Positions 12,198 through 24,224 of a stretch of DNA of 64,000 nt are shown in pieces. The position numbers were made by a program, and so were the translations under genes. Under the pieces are notes generated by a model. The model ran no database searches. It was not told the origin of the DNA and worked only from the letters and a program-made list of their open reading frames with translations. Origin of the DNA: Octopus sinensis (lineage: Eukaryota); the NCBI RefSeq assembly GCF_006345805.1, contig NC_042999.1, positions 125,426,001 to 125,490,000 on the forward strand, given 5' to 3'. Numbering within the stretch: the first letter of the stretch is position 1; each line of letters starts with the position of its first letter.

Positions 12198-12730
12198 TCT
12201 ATCAATTATATTTAAAATACCTACAACTGAGTATGCTATGTGTGGTTTCTAAGATATTTCTTTCAGCCTCTACCATTGTTTTAGACAATCTACAAATCTT
12301 CCTGTAAAGCAAATGAATGTCTTAAAATTAACATAAGCTACTTTGAATATTTCCAGTTTTATCCCTATCTTATCATCACAAAGACAATGAGATGACAACT
12401 CACAAATTTGTTTAGTAATCTAACGGGGTTCTTCAAAATTATTCTAGAAATTTCTATAAACTATTCTTTTAAAACTAAAGTGACTTCAAAACATAAATTG
12501 AGATAAAAAAATAAGCGCTAATGTATATGTTTGAATGTCTAATGAAATTATGTTCAATGATTAAATGAAACATTACTTAATCCTATCAATTTTATCTTAT
12601 GCTGAACTATTTATGTAATACATGTGAATGAAATGAAGTCAGTTCAATTATGTACATGAAGTCTTCCTAACAAGACAAAATGATGGAAGGTGGGGAGAAT
12701 AAAAATGTCAGTCTTTTTTAAACTTTCCAA

Positions 12731-14666
12731 TCATCTTTCTAGAAACTTTTGTTCTACTGCTTTAGCAATTTCTTCATCTACAGAACCTATTGAATCATAT
12801 TCAGAGTCTAAGTTACTACTACTGCTGCATTCAGAAACCACTTGGGATTCAGTGAATTTATCACATGTTCCTTCCGTACTCTCTTCAGATTTTTCTGTGT
12901 CTTCAGATTCTTCTCGTTTTATGACTACTTTCTTTTTTTGTGATCTCCGTTTTCGCCATTGCTTACTTTTCCATCCAAGAGGGAACTCACCTGACAGACT
13001 TTCGTCTGATGAAGTTTCAGGTTTACGATCTAGCAATACCTGCTTCCGTAGTTGAGCTTCAGCTTCCTTCTCATCAGAATCACTATCATCTTCACCCATT
13101 AATTCTTCTAATTCTTTGTCCATGCTTGCTCGTTCTTCATCTGAAAAGGAGTACAAAGGATTGTATCTGGTGTTACTATTTTTTGAAGACTCTTTGCCTT
13201 TTTCAGCAACTTTCTTTTGAATTGCACCAATTTCTTCATCAAATATATCATCATCATCGTCATCCTCAATTTCAATAGCATCATCTTCATCTTCTGAACT
13301 CTCAACACCATCATCATCGTCATCATCGTCATCCTCATCATCATCATCATCATCCTCATCATCATCCTCATCTTCATCCTCATCAACATCATCATCATCA
13401 TCTTGCTTAAGTTTCTTCTCTGCTACATCACAATCAACTGACTTACATTTTCTTTTAAGAGACTTTGAATTTTGTCTTTTCATACCAACATTTAAATTCA
13501 TTCGTGAGAGTCTTGGTTCTAAAGGGATTTTTTCACTTAATTGAAATAAACGTTCATCAACTCTTTCCCATCGCTCACAACATACCCAGAGCCAATCTAG
13601 AGTGACAATATGCCCCATTTGGGAGCGTTTAGCAGCATGAACTTTTGTTGTTCCCAGTTTATTTGCTATTAAATGCGTTGTGTAATTGTTTTTGTGTGAT
13701 GAAGAATATGGTATAAAATTTAAATGTATGTTAGCTCCCAAAGATTTAGCAATATTGTAAGGCCGAGATTTTTCAATTGGCATATTCAGAGGTATTATAC
13801 CACTGAAGCAGATATTGCAGCCCTGTAAAACTTTACGTCGTACATAGGGAATGATAGCTTTTAAGTCTAAATTAGTATCAGGAATGTTAGAAGCCCCTTC
13901 ATTCTTATTAAGCTGATCACTAATATCAAAGTATGCTTTGTGGATTCTATTTAGAATTTCTTCTAAGTAAAACAGATAGTCATCTTCATCATCCCACTCA
14001 ATTTCTTCATTCTCTTCAGTCTTGGAATTTTTTTCCTCACTTGAGGGTTTTGTTTGTATTTTGCCAGTTTTAGCACTGGCTTCGTCAACATCACTACAAG
14101 TACCTGCCTTAGAACTGGTATCATCGACATCACTGCAAGTACCAGCCTTAGAACTGGCATCATCAACATCACTGCAAGCACTAGCCTTGGAACTGGTATC
14201 ATCAACATCACTACAAGCATCAGTTTTGGCATTGGCATCATCAACATCACTACCAGCAACAGTGGCAGATTTAGTTTTAGCAACACTAGTATCTGTTTTA
14301 CCGTCTTTACTGACATTCTTAACACCGTTGTCAGCATTAGAAATTGTATCAGATTCTGTTTCAAGATCTCTTTTAGGGTCATTTTGGTCTTCTGAGGCAC
14401 CATCATTATCTTTTTTCTCATCCTCTTCATCATCAACACATAAATCTTTTTCATCCTCATCAATGTTACATGATACTCTTCGTACACGATGTGTGATTGG
14501 TTTGCTATCATTTTCCTTCTTGGATAAACCTGGTGGGGCATTAATATCAGCAGTTCCTTGGAAAAAACGATATGGTTTGACATGGATTAGGTTAGGCGCA
14601 TAGTTCCACACATCTTCTCTGTCATCAATGATACACACCATTGAGTCACCACATGGAAACAAAGCT
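12731..14666 (-). CDS. CTDP1: CTDP1 1.9-kb last coding exon: end of FCPH domain, acidic insert, BRCT domain, TFIIF-binding tail
   Basis: CAG acceptor 14669-14667. Encodes ALFPCGDSMVCIIDDREDVW..., DDDDYLFYLEEILNRIHKAYF, the BRCT segment RRKVLQGCNICFSGIIP...WLWVCCERWERVDE, SMDKELEELMGE and the terminal DEEIAKAVEQKFLER*. The six exons total 2754 nt (917 aa plus stop). Confidence 0.96.
13245..13402 (-). repeat. (GAT/GAG)n coding repeat, poly-Asp/Glu tract in CTDP1
   Basis: DDDDDVDEDEDEDDDEDDDDDDEDDDDDDDDG...EDDDDDDIFDEE. Confidence 0.95.
14060..14255 (-). repeat. 39-bp coding tandem repeat, 5 units (13 aa) in CTDP1
   Basis: TCAACATCACT/TCGACATCACT at 14085, 14124, 14163, 14202 and 14241. Confidence 0.95.
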
Positions 14667-16139
14667 CTGAAATATCAAAAGAATAACAAGTGAGTTCATG
14701 ATTGGTTAGAAATTATAAGTTTGCTTATTATATAAGAACATACTCATGTTGTCAAAAATGCAAACAGTTCTATCAATGATAGAAAATGGTGCAACAAAAC
14801 AATGTGAGAAACAATTTACAAATGTCAGTACACGTTGCCAACCCTTATCTCTTTCCAAGTAAGGTAATATTTCACCAAGCTCAAACATGATTACATGGAA
14901 GATTGAAAACAAAGAACACCTCTTGCATGACAGTGACACTCATTTACAACTATTGCCTGATGTCAAGGCAATGAGACAGTAAAACACACACACATATAAA
15001 TGATGGGCTTCTTTCAGTTTCCATCTACCAAATCTACTCATAGGGATTAGGTCGCTTCTGGGCTATAGTAGAAGACACTTACTCAAAGAGCCTGTCCATG
15101 TGTGTGTTATCCTTTACTTGGAAAAAGGAAGAGTTAGTTTCAGAAAGGCAGGCATGAAAAAAACAGAATATAAAGAAAGAAAAAATTGAAAGAATATATA
15201 TATATATACACACACACACACACGCATACATACAGACAGATATAATTTATATATATTATGTAAGCAATAATACTTTGAAAACAAAGGAATTTGATTTTTA
15301 ATTTCAAATATATACTAGCAGGAAGTGAATATTCCACAGAAAGAAAAAAATTAAAGAGCTATTTAAGAAAGGATGATTTGCATTTTTATTACATATAAAT
15401 CATATTGTTGCCTATGTAATAAATGATTAAAAAATATACAATAACAATTTATACAATACTTAGTACATATACCATTCATTAGTGTTTAAGTCTGTCGAAA
15501 CTGCAAACTCAATATATAATTGCATATTCCTTATTATGCAATATTTAATCATAATTACTTTACATTATATATAATTAATATACACAATGATTTTATTTAT
15601 ATGATTAGTTTCAATTCCATTGCAAATTTTAAGAAATCCACAGCAAAATATTGCTAAATTATTTCACTTCCAGTCACAATAATGTATTATATGATTTCAA
15701 TATTTCCCTCTGCTAAACACTTTCTTTTTCTCTCTACCTCTTACATCAACAAACTTTTTAACCATGAAATTCCCCTCTTCATGTCTTTAACATTTCTCTC
15801 TTTCTCTTCACTTCCTATTTCCACTAACCATGTTGTCATGTTGTTAGTAAAAGTAGCTGTCAGCTATCTCCCTCACAGTGTGGTTAGTGGAAGTGGCTAT
15901 CTGCTATCTTACTCACTCCCCTTCACTCTCTGTCACTCACACTCCTTCTACTTCACTCTCTCCTTCCTTTCCTCTGTCACTCTGTCAATCTCACCTTCTC
16001 TCTAACAAATAAGCAGAATATAGAATTGTGCGGGTGCATGAAATTGATAAAATAAATATAATTTATGATAAAAATTTAGCTTCATTCTGATTAAAATACC
16101 AATGACTTCAAAGCAAAATACCTCATTGCAGTTCACCTA

Positions 16140-16525
16140 CATTTAGCATCTCTTGCTTCCCAACCACGTGGTTCCAGGTTCAATCCAGTACATAGCACCT
16201 TGGACAAATGTCTTTTACAATAGTCTTGGGCCAATCAAAGCCTTGTGAGTGGATTTAGTAGATGGAAACTGAAAGTAGCCTGTCATGTATATATATGTTT
16301 TGTGTGTGTCTGAGTCTGTGTGTGAAACACATCACTTCTTGACAACTAGTGTTGGTGTTTATGTCCCTGTAACTTAGCAGTTCAGCAAAAGAGACAAAAA
16401 GAATAATTACCAGGCTTAAAAAATAAGTACTAGTGTCGATCCATTTGACTAAAAAATTCTACAAGATGGTGCCCCAGCATGGTCACAGTCTAATGACGGA
16501 AACAAGTAAAAGATAAATGATACAA
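16140..16525 (+). mobile_element. SINE-A copy in CTDP1 intron 5
   Basis: Colinear homology to 38654-39076. Confidence 0.8.
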
Positions 16526-16582
16526 AAACACATGTAGCATATATTATATATATATATATATATATACATACATATATATTGA

Positions 16583-16974
16583 CTAGCAGTATCGCCCAGC
16601 GTTGCTCGGGTTTGTTTCGACCCGCTGGAATTGGAATTTTTGAAAAGTAAAACTTTTGCATTATGTAGCTTGTTATTCTCTTCATGTGAACATTTTTTTG
16701 GTTGAAATACACTGAAAAGTGGCGACACAGCAGTGAAAAAATCGTAAAAAATCAGGATTTTCATAGAAAAAAAGCACCTTTTTGATGTAAATAATTTTTG
16801 GTGTTAACATGGTCTGATTTGAATTTTATCTTCTACAGAAGGAAGAGCAACCCTTCTTCTATCTTACTCTCAATTTTGGTCAACTTGCGCAGCAGGGTCT
16901 CGGAGGAGATAGTGTTAATTGAAGGCTACCAAACCTGCCGCACACAGACAACTTCAGCTTTATATAGAGAAAGA
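16583..16974 (-). mobile_element. Non-autonomous Helitron (392 bp)
   Basis: On the minus strand it starts A|TC, ends CTAG|T, and has a subterminal hairpin CCCGAGC-AAC-GCTGGG about 8 nt before the CTAG. Confidence 0.75.
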
Positions 16975-16994
16975 TAACACACACACATTAATAC

Positions 16995-17026
<32 letters not shown>

Positions 17027-18145
17027 GTATGTATGGATGGATGTATGTATATATGTACATCTGTCCACTTCTTGCCATATTTTTATCCTTCACTTCCTAC
17101 ACACACACGCCTTCTTAGCTTACAATTTCTTTCTTTCAACAATTGACAACTGAAGTACGCTCGCCAATGAATACTACCAAAGGTTAGCAACAGATCTCTG
17201 TTTCCTTTTTTTTTTTTTTTTGAGGATTGGTTGAAGCATTAATAAGAGAAAGTAGCAGAATGTGTGATGTTGAATAAGAGTTGCAGAAAGAGGATATGAT
17301 AGTGGTATACACTTGCAAAGAGAAAGTAGGAGAAAGTGTGGTAATAGCAGGAGTAAAGCATTTGAAATGAGAGAGGGAAATCGTAAAATATTGAGTTTTC
17401 TCGAATTTTTGCTTAATTGGAGGTGAAATTGAAAAAAATGTATAGGCCATGACCCAATGGAATCTACTTCGAAAAATCATAGGTAAATTCCAATTGAAGA
17501 AATTCTATATTGTACAATTGTATTAAAAACAAACTATGTGAGAGGCAGAGAAAATCTGCCTTTTATCATAAGAGATATAAACACAACAAGACTCATATTC
17601 CACAGCAGAAGTTTTAAGACCAGTTCCTCTAGTAATGAAAAGCACACATAGAGGTGCCACATAAAAGTGTCTGTGCATTGTCACGCACCTGCGTAGCGCT
17701 ACATAAAAGCACCCAGCACACTCTGTAAAGTGATTAGTGTTAGGAAGGACATCCAGCCATAGAAACCATGCCAAATCAGACTGGAGCCTGGTGCAGCTCC
17801 CCAGCTTGCCAGCAGGTCAACGGACATTAAATGATGATGATGAAACTCTCACAACATACTTGGTCACCACCAAAGATTATATTGTGTATCATTGGCCAAT
17901 CAGCATAACAGGGTCAAACAATTTTATAGGACATGCTATTTCAAACCATGATCTTATGAAGCTCATACATTTTTCAAGGTATTAACAGCACAAAGAAAGT
18001 GAAATAACAACTGGATATCAAGAGCAAGTTTGTTAAGGGCTTAGAACCAAACCTAGAAGAAAACTTCTGGAACACAATCAATCTGTAATACATGTAACCA
18101 ATGGTAGTAATAGATAAAACAATCTTTAGAAATAAAAATACTAAC

Positions 18146-18393
18146 TTTAAGTTTGCAGTCTTGGACATCGCATTGAAGCATTCATCTCTTGATAGGATTC
18201 GATGTGAGAAAAACTTGCCAGCAGGATCTATAAACCGAGTAATAGTATGTGCATACATACGTACACCAAATGTACATATGTGCAGTTCATACAGTTTGGA
18301 AATGTTTTCTAAGAACTGTAAAGTGTGTGGCCGAAGTCGAGTATGGTACCAGAGTAAGTTCATACCATGTCTGAGTTGAAAATGGTGAACACC
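18146..18393 (-). CDS. CTDP1: CTDP1 coding exon 5 (FCPH domain)
   Basis: Encodes GVHHFQLRHGMNLLWYHTRLRPHTLQFLENISKLYELHICTFGVRMYAHTITRFIDPAGKFFSHRILSRDECFNAMSKTANL. CAAG acceptor, GTTAGT donor. Confidence 0.96.
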
Positions 18394-20452
18394 CTTGAAA
18401 AAGAAAATAAGAAAAAAAATTAATATAGGAAATAGTGTGTGAAAGAGGAAAATATGTCACTCCAAAGAAAAAGGGAAAAGAAAAACACATTGAATAGCTT
18501 TGTTCTTCCTTGCCAAATTAATTGATCTCTCTGAAGACATCTTTCTCAGTCTTTAGAAACATGCTGTGCGTTCCATTCTCAAACCATGCAACTTCTCCAA
18601 CTCTGCCAACTATCAGCCTATTGCTCTCACTTCCAACATCTCAAGGGTTGGAAACAGATATCAGCAACAAACTCCTTCACATTATCTTTTTCTTCCTATT
18701 CATTGACCACTAATATGGTTGATCCAGATCTATGAGAAATTTAACAAAAATAACAGTGTTACAACTGGACAAAGCCTTAAACTCCACCTGGCTTGAGAAA
18801 ATTTAGTTGAGATGTTTGTCTTTGATATTGTAGTGATGATCTCCTTTTAAGGGGAACTTTAATATTTGTGGACAACTGGTGGCCCACATATTATATAGTG
18901 AATGTTTCAGAACTTGAATGAACACATACTGCACAAACTCAGCCACATTGTGATTAGGTTGCAACCGATTTTACTGGACAAGTGAAATTTTGTTTTTAAT
19001 CATCAACTAATTAAAAAGATTCAGTCATTTCCCCTCAAATGGGAACCAACTTCACACTTCCCATTTAGTCTTCAAATAGGTGATATGTATATAGTAGAAT
19101 CGTCACAACACACACACACACATATATATATACAAACATGTGTACACACATACATAGGTAACAACACACACACATACATACATACACAGCATTTTCTAGG
19201 CAAGTACACATACATACACAAATGTATATTTAGACCTATTGAAATAGAAGAATGCTGAATTCACTGAACACCTATTATGTGTTAATCATAAGCATTGCAC
19301 AGTTTTTCGGCTTATATATGGTCTATCTAAAGAGAACTAATAATTCTTGTGGTTGGACTAGAAAATTTTGTCTACAACAAATTTGTACCATTTGGGCTAA
19401 GCATTCAAGTAGCAAGTAGAAAATGCATCTACATCACATATTTTTCAGTCTCTATTTGTCTCTCATTTTCTTGATTCAGAAGTTTGTAAGCAGACAGTAG
19501 CATGGAAGCATGTGCTCACAGCACTCCCTTCACCTTCCATTCTATTGGTTCTGTGATATGCTACACTTTTTCTTCTTATCCATTAACTGTCAGTTGTTCT
19601 GACCCTGCCAACTACTTGCAGTTAGACCTAACAAAATACACTTCTATATTGATGATATAAGCTTTCATTTCTGCTTAACATTTTGAACATTGTATGTAAG
19701 CAGTATCAACATGCAACTTAAATTCATGCAAAACATCAAAACATACACATTTTCTATGAAGAGAGAGAGGGGGGGAGTTAGAGAACATCATTCATTAGAG
19801 ACATGACAACTGTATCTCTTGCTACATAAATCAAAGCACAAACACACACACACACGCATATATATATATATATATATATATAGGTATGTTGAATCAAACA
19901 GGAAAAATAGAATTCAAAATATGAGTATATGTATATTTTTATTAATATTTAGCAAAAGTAACAAAGTGACTGAAACTCCCAGACCTCAAATCATTCTGTT
20001 ACTTCTGCTAAATATTAATTTTAAAATGTTTATATATAATGTCTGTCTTCTTTACTGGCATGGGTTGCGATGGACTTCTATCAGTTTCCGTCAACCAAAA
20101 CCACACACAAGATTTTGATCAGTCTGAGGCTATAGTGGAAGATACTTGCCCATAATACCATGCAGTGAGACTGAAGCCAAAAGCATGTGTTAAGCAAGCA
20201 AGCTTCCGAACCAAATAGTCAAGTCTTTATGTGTGTACAGATGTTTCTGCTGATATATATTGCAAAATGAACTGATAAATTTTTTAAGAACACCTTTGTT
20301 CAACCCAAGTTATATAGTCACTCCCTTCTTGCTTTGTCATAAATGCAATTAACCAGTGATTGGCCCATTGGGCACCTATAACTAAAGACACAAGACACTA
20401 ATGTTCACAAAAAGCAATAGTGAAAAAAGAAAAAAAAAAGACATATATTTAC

Positions 20453-20578
20453 CTTTAAGTTTGGTGGTATGTCATCATTAGTTGTATGTATCAAAGTTTG
20501 ATCCAAATCAACGAGAAGAACAAGTTTTCTGGTGTTTTTCAAACGAATTTCATCAGCTCGACCCAGTTCCAAGGCTTG
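20453..20578 (-). CDS. CTDP1: CTDP1 coding exon 4 with catalytic DLDQT motif
   Basis: Encodes QALELGRADEIRLKNTRKLVLLVDLDQTLIHTTNDDIPPNLK, including the HAD DxDx(T/V) signature. AAG acceptor, GTAAAT donor. Confidence 0.96.
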
Positions 20579-21873
20579 CTTAAATCAAATGAGACAATTT
20601 CAAAAGTCATTATCATAAGTACAGAATAACCTCAAAGTTTTCAAAACAATTGAATACTAAGAAATAATAATAAGAAAAGCAAGAGAAATAAAAACTGTAC
20701 TCAAATAATAATTAGTTACATCTTTAATGCTGAGTTCAAAATAACACCGGGGTTAAGTTTGCCTTTCAGCATTCAAGGGTCAACAGGAGAAAGTACTAGG
20801 GGGTTGATATAATTGACTATTCTCCTTCCTCAAATTTGAGACCTTATGCTTATGTTAGAAATCAATATTTGAAATTTGTATTAATTTCTTTTTAACTATT
20901 ATGATTTACAAAAACCACTCATACATAATCATATAGACATACATACATACACAACTGATTAGCCTAACTACAGTTTAGTGCTCCACCATTCTGACTATTT
21001 ACTTATAACTTTCTTAATAATATGTATATTTTAATAAAATTCTACAGAAAGCATTCACTAATAACATTTTTGATTTGTACTAAAGTAAACTGAGTAATTT
21101 TTTTTTACCATGCCTTCCAGTTTCATGTTAACAATGAATAAAATTGATCAGGATAATGTCATAGATGTTTTTTATATGAACATTAGCAAGATACTGAACA
21201 GTGAAAAACAAATGGAGTTATTTACTTCCTGAGTAAAAAAACAAAATGTTTTTTCTTTTCTAAATTTCATCAACATAATTGTCAATTATATCTTTCAAAA
21301 TGTATCTCTGTAAAATGTTGTTATAGATTATGAGGAAACAATGTCAAGAAGTATTAAACTCCAGTTATACCAACTCATATTTCCCCTGATCCTTGGATGT
21401 CTTTAAGTGGCAAATATTCTGACCAGATAAATTCTTTCCTACAGATATTGACCTGAGCATTTGCCAAATAAATCTCACAACTTTTTGAGAGGGCCTAATT
21501 TTTTGAGAGGGACTAATTTTTTAAGAGAATAAAAAACAAAATTTTCATATAAGCCTCAGATTTCAATTGAAAAGATTGAGAGTGCGGTTAGATTAATGCT
21601 TTTCCCAAGTATATTAGCAACTTAAAAATGGAATGAATTTAACAAGAAAAAAAACTGGCATATGAAATACATATACCACACATTAATATTCATACACTTA
21701 TGCTACATACAGTAATAGCATAATATAAGTTAACACAAAATACTATATGGAATCATTTCTGTAATTCTTCTGAATATTTAATTTCTGTTGAAAGTTTTTT
21801 TAAACTTTTATCTCTTTACATTAAATAACACTAAAATTTGAATAATTCTATTGAATTAATAATATATTCCACC

Positions 21874-22085
21874 AAGGCAGTAAGCTGGTAGAATTGTTAG
21901 CACACCAGGTAAAATGCTTAGCTGTATTTCATCTGTCACTACATTCAAATTCTGCCGAGGTCAACTTTGCTTTCATCTTTTGAGGGTCAGTAAAATAAGT
22001 ACCAGTTGAGAACTGGAGTTGATGTAGTCGACTTAACCCCTTCCCATAAATTGCTGGCCTTGTGCCAAAATTTGAGACCAATAAT
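21874..22085 (+). mobile_element. SINE-B copy in CTDP1 intron 3
   Basis: Full-length homolog of 679-898 in the opposite orientation. Confidence 0.8.
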
Positions 22086-22160
22086 ATACTCCACCTATTC
22101 TATATTCTAACAAGAAAATTGATTGTAAATATAAAAGGTAAAATAGTTTGAAATACTGAC

Positions 22161-22251
22161 CTCCTCGCTGACAATAAGTTCTGGAATACTATGAACCATA
22201 GCTACAGTAGCACTGACTGTTTCTTTTCGATCACCGGATACACCCATTTCA
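22161..22251 (-). CDS. CTDP1: CTDP1 coding exon 3
   Basis: TAG acceptor and GTCAGT donor. Encodes EMGVSGDRKETVSATVAMVHSIPELIVSEE (human ATVSMVHSVPELMVSSE). Confidence 0.93.
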
Positions 22252-23571
22252 CTACAAAGAGAATCATGCATTTAATAGATACTTAAATTCCAATACAAGT
22301 ACAATATTTCCATGATAATATCATCATCAATTTAGTTTCACTTTCCATGGACAAACTGTCACAGTCCAAATCAGTTCTTTTTGAAATTACTGCCCTTCTA
22401 GATGGTTGGAATCCCTTTTGAACACCAGCTATTTTTCAGAGTATACTGGGTGCATTTTATTGTGACATCAATACTAGACACTGCCTTGTCCTCAACAAAA
22501 CTCTGTTCTACAATGTCTCTGTTCTTTCAAAGCAAATGTAACTGAGAGGGTGAAAGAAAGAAAGAAAGAAAGAAAGAGTATGAATATGAGTGTGATGAAG
22601 AAAACAGTGATAGGATGGTAGAGGAGGTATTAATGAGAGTGAGAGAGGCTGATTGCTATGTTTGTTGCCAGTATGAATACATAGGAAACAACATGAGTAT
22701 CATGATGGAATAGCAATAAAGATCACAGAGACACACAAATAGAGACGAGTGATGGATAGCAGCAGAGATAGAGAGTGAGGGTAAGTGAGAATGGTAGATG
22801 ACAATGAAGCATCAAAGGATCACACGGTAAGATAGCAAGTGAGGGATAATGACAGAGATGGGTGATAGATGTCAATGATGTATCTTTTATGCCATGATGG
22901 AAGAGAGGTGATTGCTAGAGGATGATGGCAGAAGTAAGGTTGAGAAATGATGGAAGAAATGAATAAGAAAGACCAAATGCCATCTCTTATTACACAGGTA
23001 ATGTGGTGAATGATTTTTTTTTCATAGGTACAATGCCTCAGACTCCAAAAGAGACAATGCTGTCACATTAATGCCATTATGGTAATATATCCATCCTCAT
23101 CAAATTCATTTACCACTGATCCAGAATAACAAAGTAGATTAGTTATGAACCTTGTTATACTTATCATGAATTGATTTGTGATAACACAGCTCAGTGATGC
23201 ATCAAAGATTCTGTTTGATTGTAGACACATGCATCATTGACCATCCACAGTGCTGAGGACAACTTGGGATCTCAGAACAAACCTATTTTCCCCATATATT
23301 CCATTATTCCTTTTTTACTGAATCATTTAATACAGTGTTTTGGAACCAAACACCTATGATAAATGAGTATAGATGTATATGATACATTGGCTGGCTATAT
23401 AAATAACCTTCATGACTAGTACAGAACAGAAAGGAATTTCTTAAAGATAAGGGAACACATTTATAAAAAAAGTTTTTTTTTTCAAAATTAAACATCCACT
23501 TTCCATGCTGGCATGGGTTGGAGGCCTTCCTAACATCAACCACTCCAAGAGGGTAATGGGTGCTTTTTACA

Positions 23572-23804
23572 TACCTATTTCTTTATTACCCACAAGGGGC
23601 TGAACATAGAGGGGACAAACATGGACAGACATAGGTATTAAGTCGATTATATCAACCCCAGTGCTTAACTGGTACTTAATTTATCGACCCCGAAAGGATG
23701 AAAGGCAAAGTCGACCTCGGCGGAATTTGAACTCACAACGTAACGGCAGACGAAATACCGCTAAGCATTTCGCCCGACGTGCTAACGATTCTGCTAGCTC
23801 GCCG
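23572..23804 (-). mobile_element. SINE-B variant with an alternative 3' tail
   Basis: SINE-B head and core plus a different tail (CCTATTTCTTTATTACCCACAAGGGGCT...), also seen at 42279-42360. Confidence 0.75.
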
Positions 23805-24140
23805 AGTCAGGTGGCACTGGCATTAGCCATGCTCGAATGGTGTTTTTATATATCAACATGAGATGGAGCCTCATTTGGAGTTACAGTACCAAGAAGACCA
23901 GAGCCCCTTTCACAAGCCCTACAGACAGCACGCACTTATTTTTCAAAAGAATTATAAGAAGTAAAGTAATTACTTTACATATATAAAACTATATATATTC
24001 TTGTTGGAAATTGACTGGATTAATATATAATCTTCTTCATCATTTAACTTTTCAGCCTATAAATCGGCCCTGTCATATTCTAAGGGTTAAAAATATATAA
24101 ATCAATAAAAACAGAAAATAACAAAATAAAAGAATCTTAC

Positions 24141-24224
24141 TTCCTAAGATCAGCACCACAATCAGCACACATGTCTTTCATTACAGTAGGATGGGTGCAG
24201 GCTTCAATGTGTATAACCACCATG
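24141..24224 (-). CDS. CTDP1: CTDP1 coding exon 2
   Basis: CAG acceptor and GTAAGA donor. Encodes MVVIHIEACTHPTVMKDMCADCGADLR, matching human CSHPVVMKGLCAECGQDL. 84 nt, phase-compatible. Confidence 0.93.

Noticed and set aside
12940-14603. Long alternative-frame and antisense ORFs over CTDP1 (poly-Met 13108-13401, 13963-14583, 14022-14603, 14054-14395)
   Set aside because: These are shadows of the acidic and 39-bp coding repeats, which lack stops in other frames. No independent homology.
22540-23000. Purine-rich block in CTDP1 intron 2
   Set aside because: Decayed (GA)/(GAT) low-complexity sequence with no periodicity, ORF or termini.
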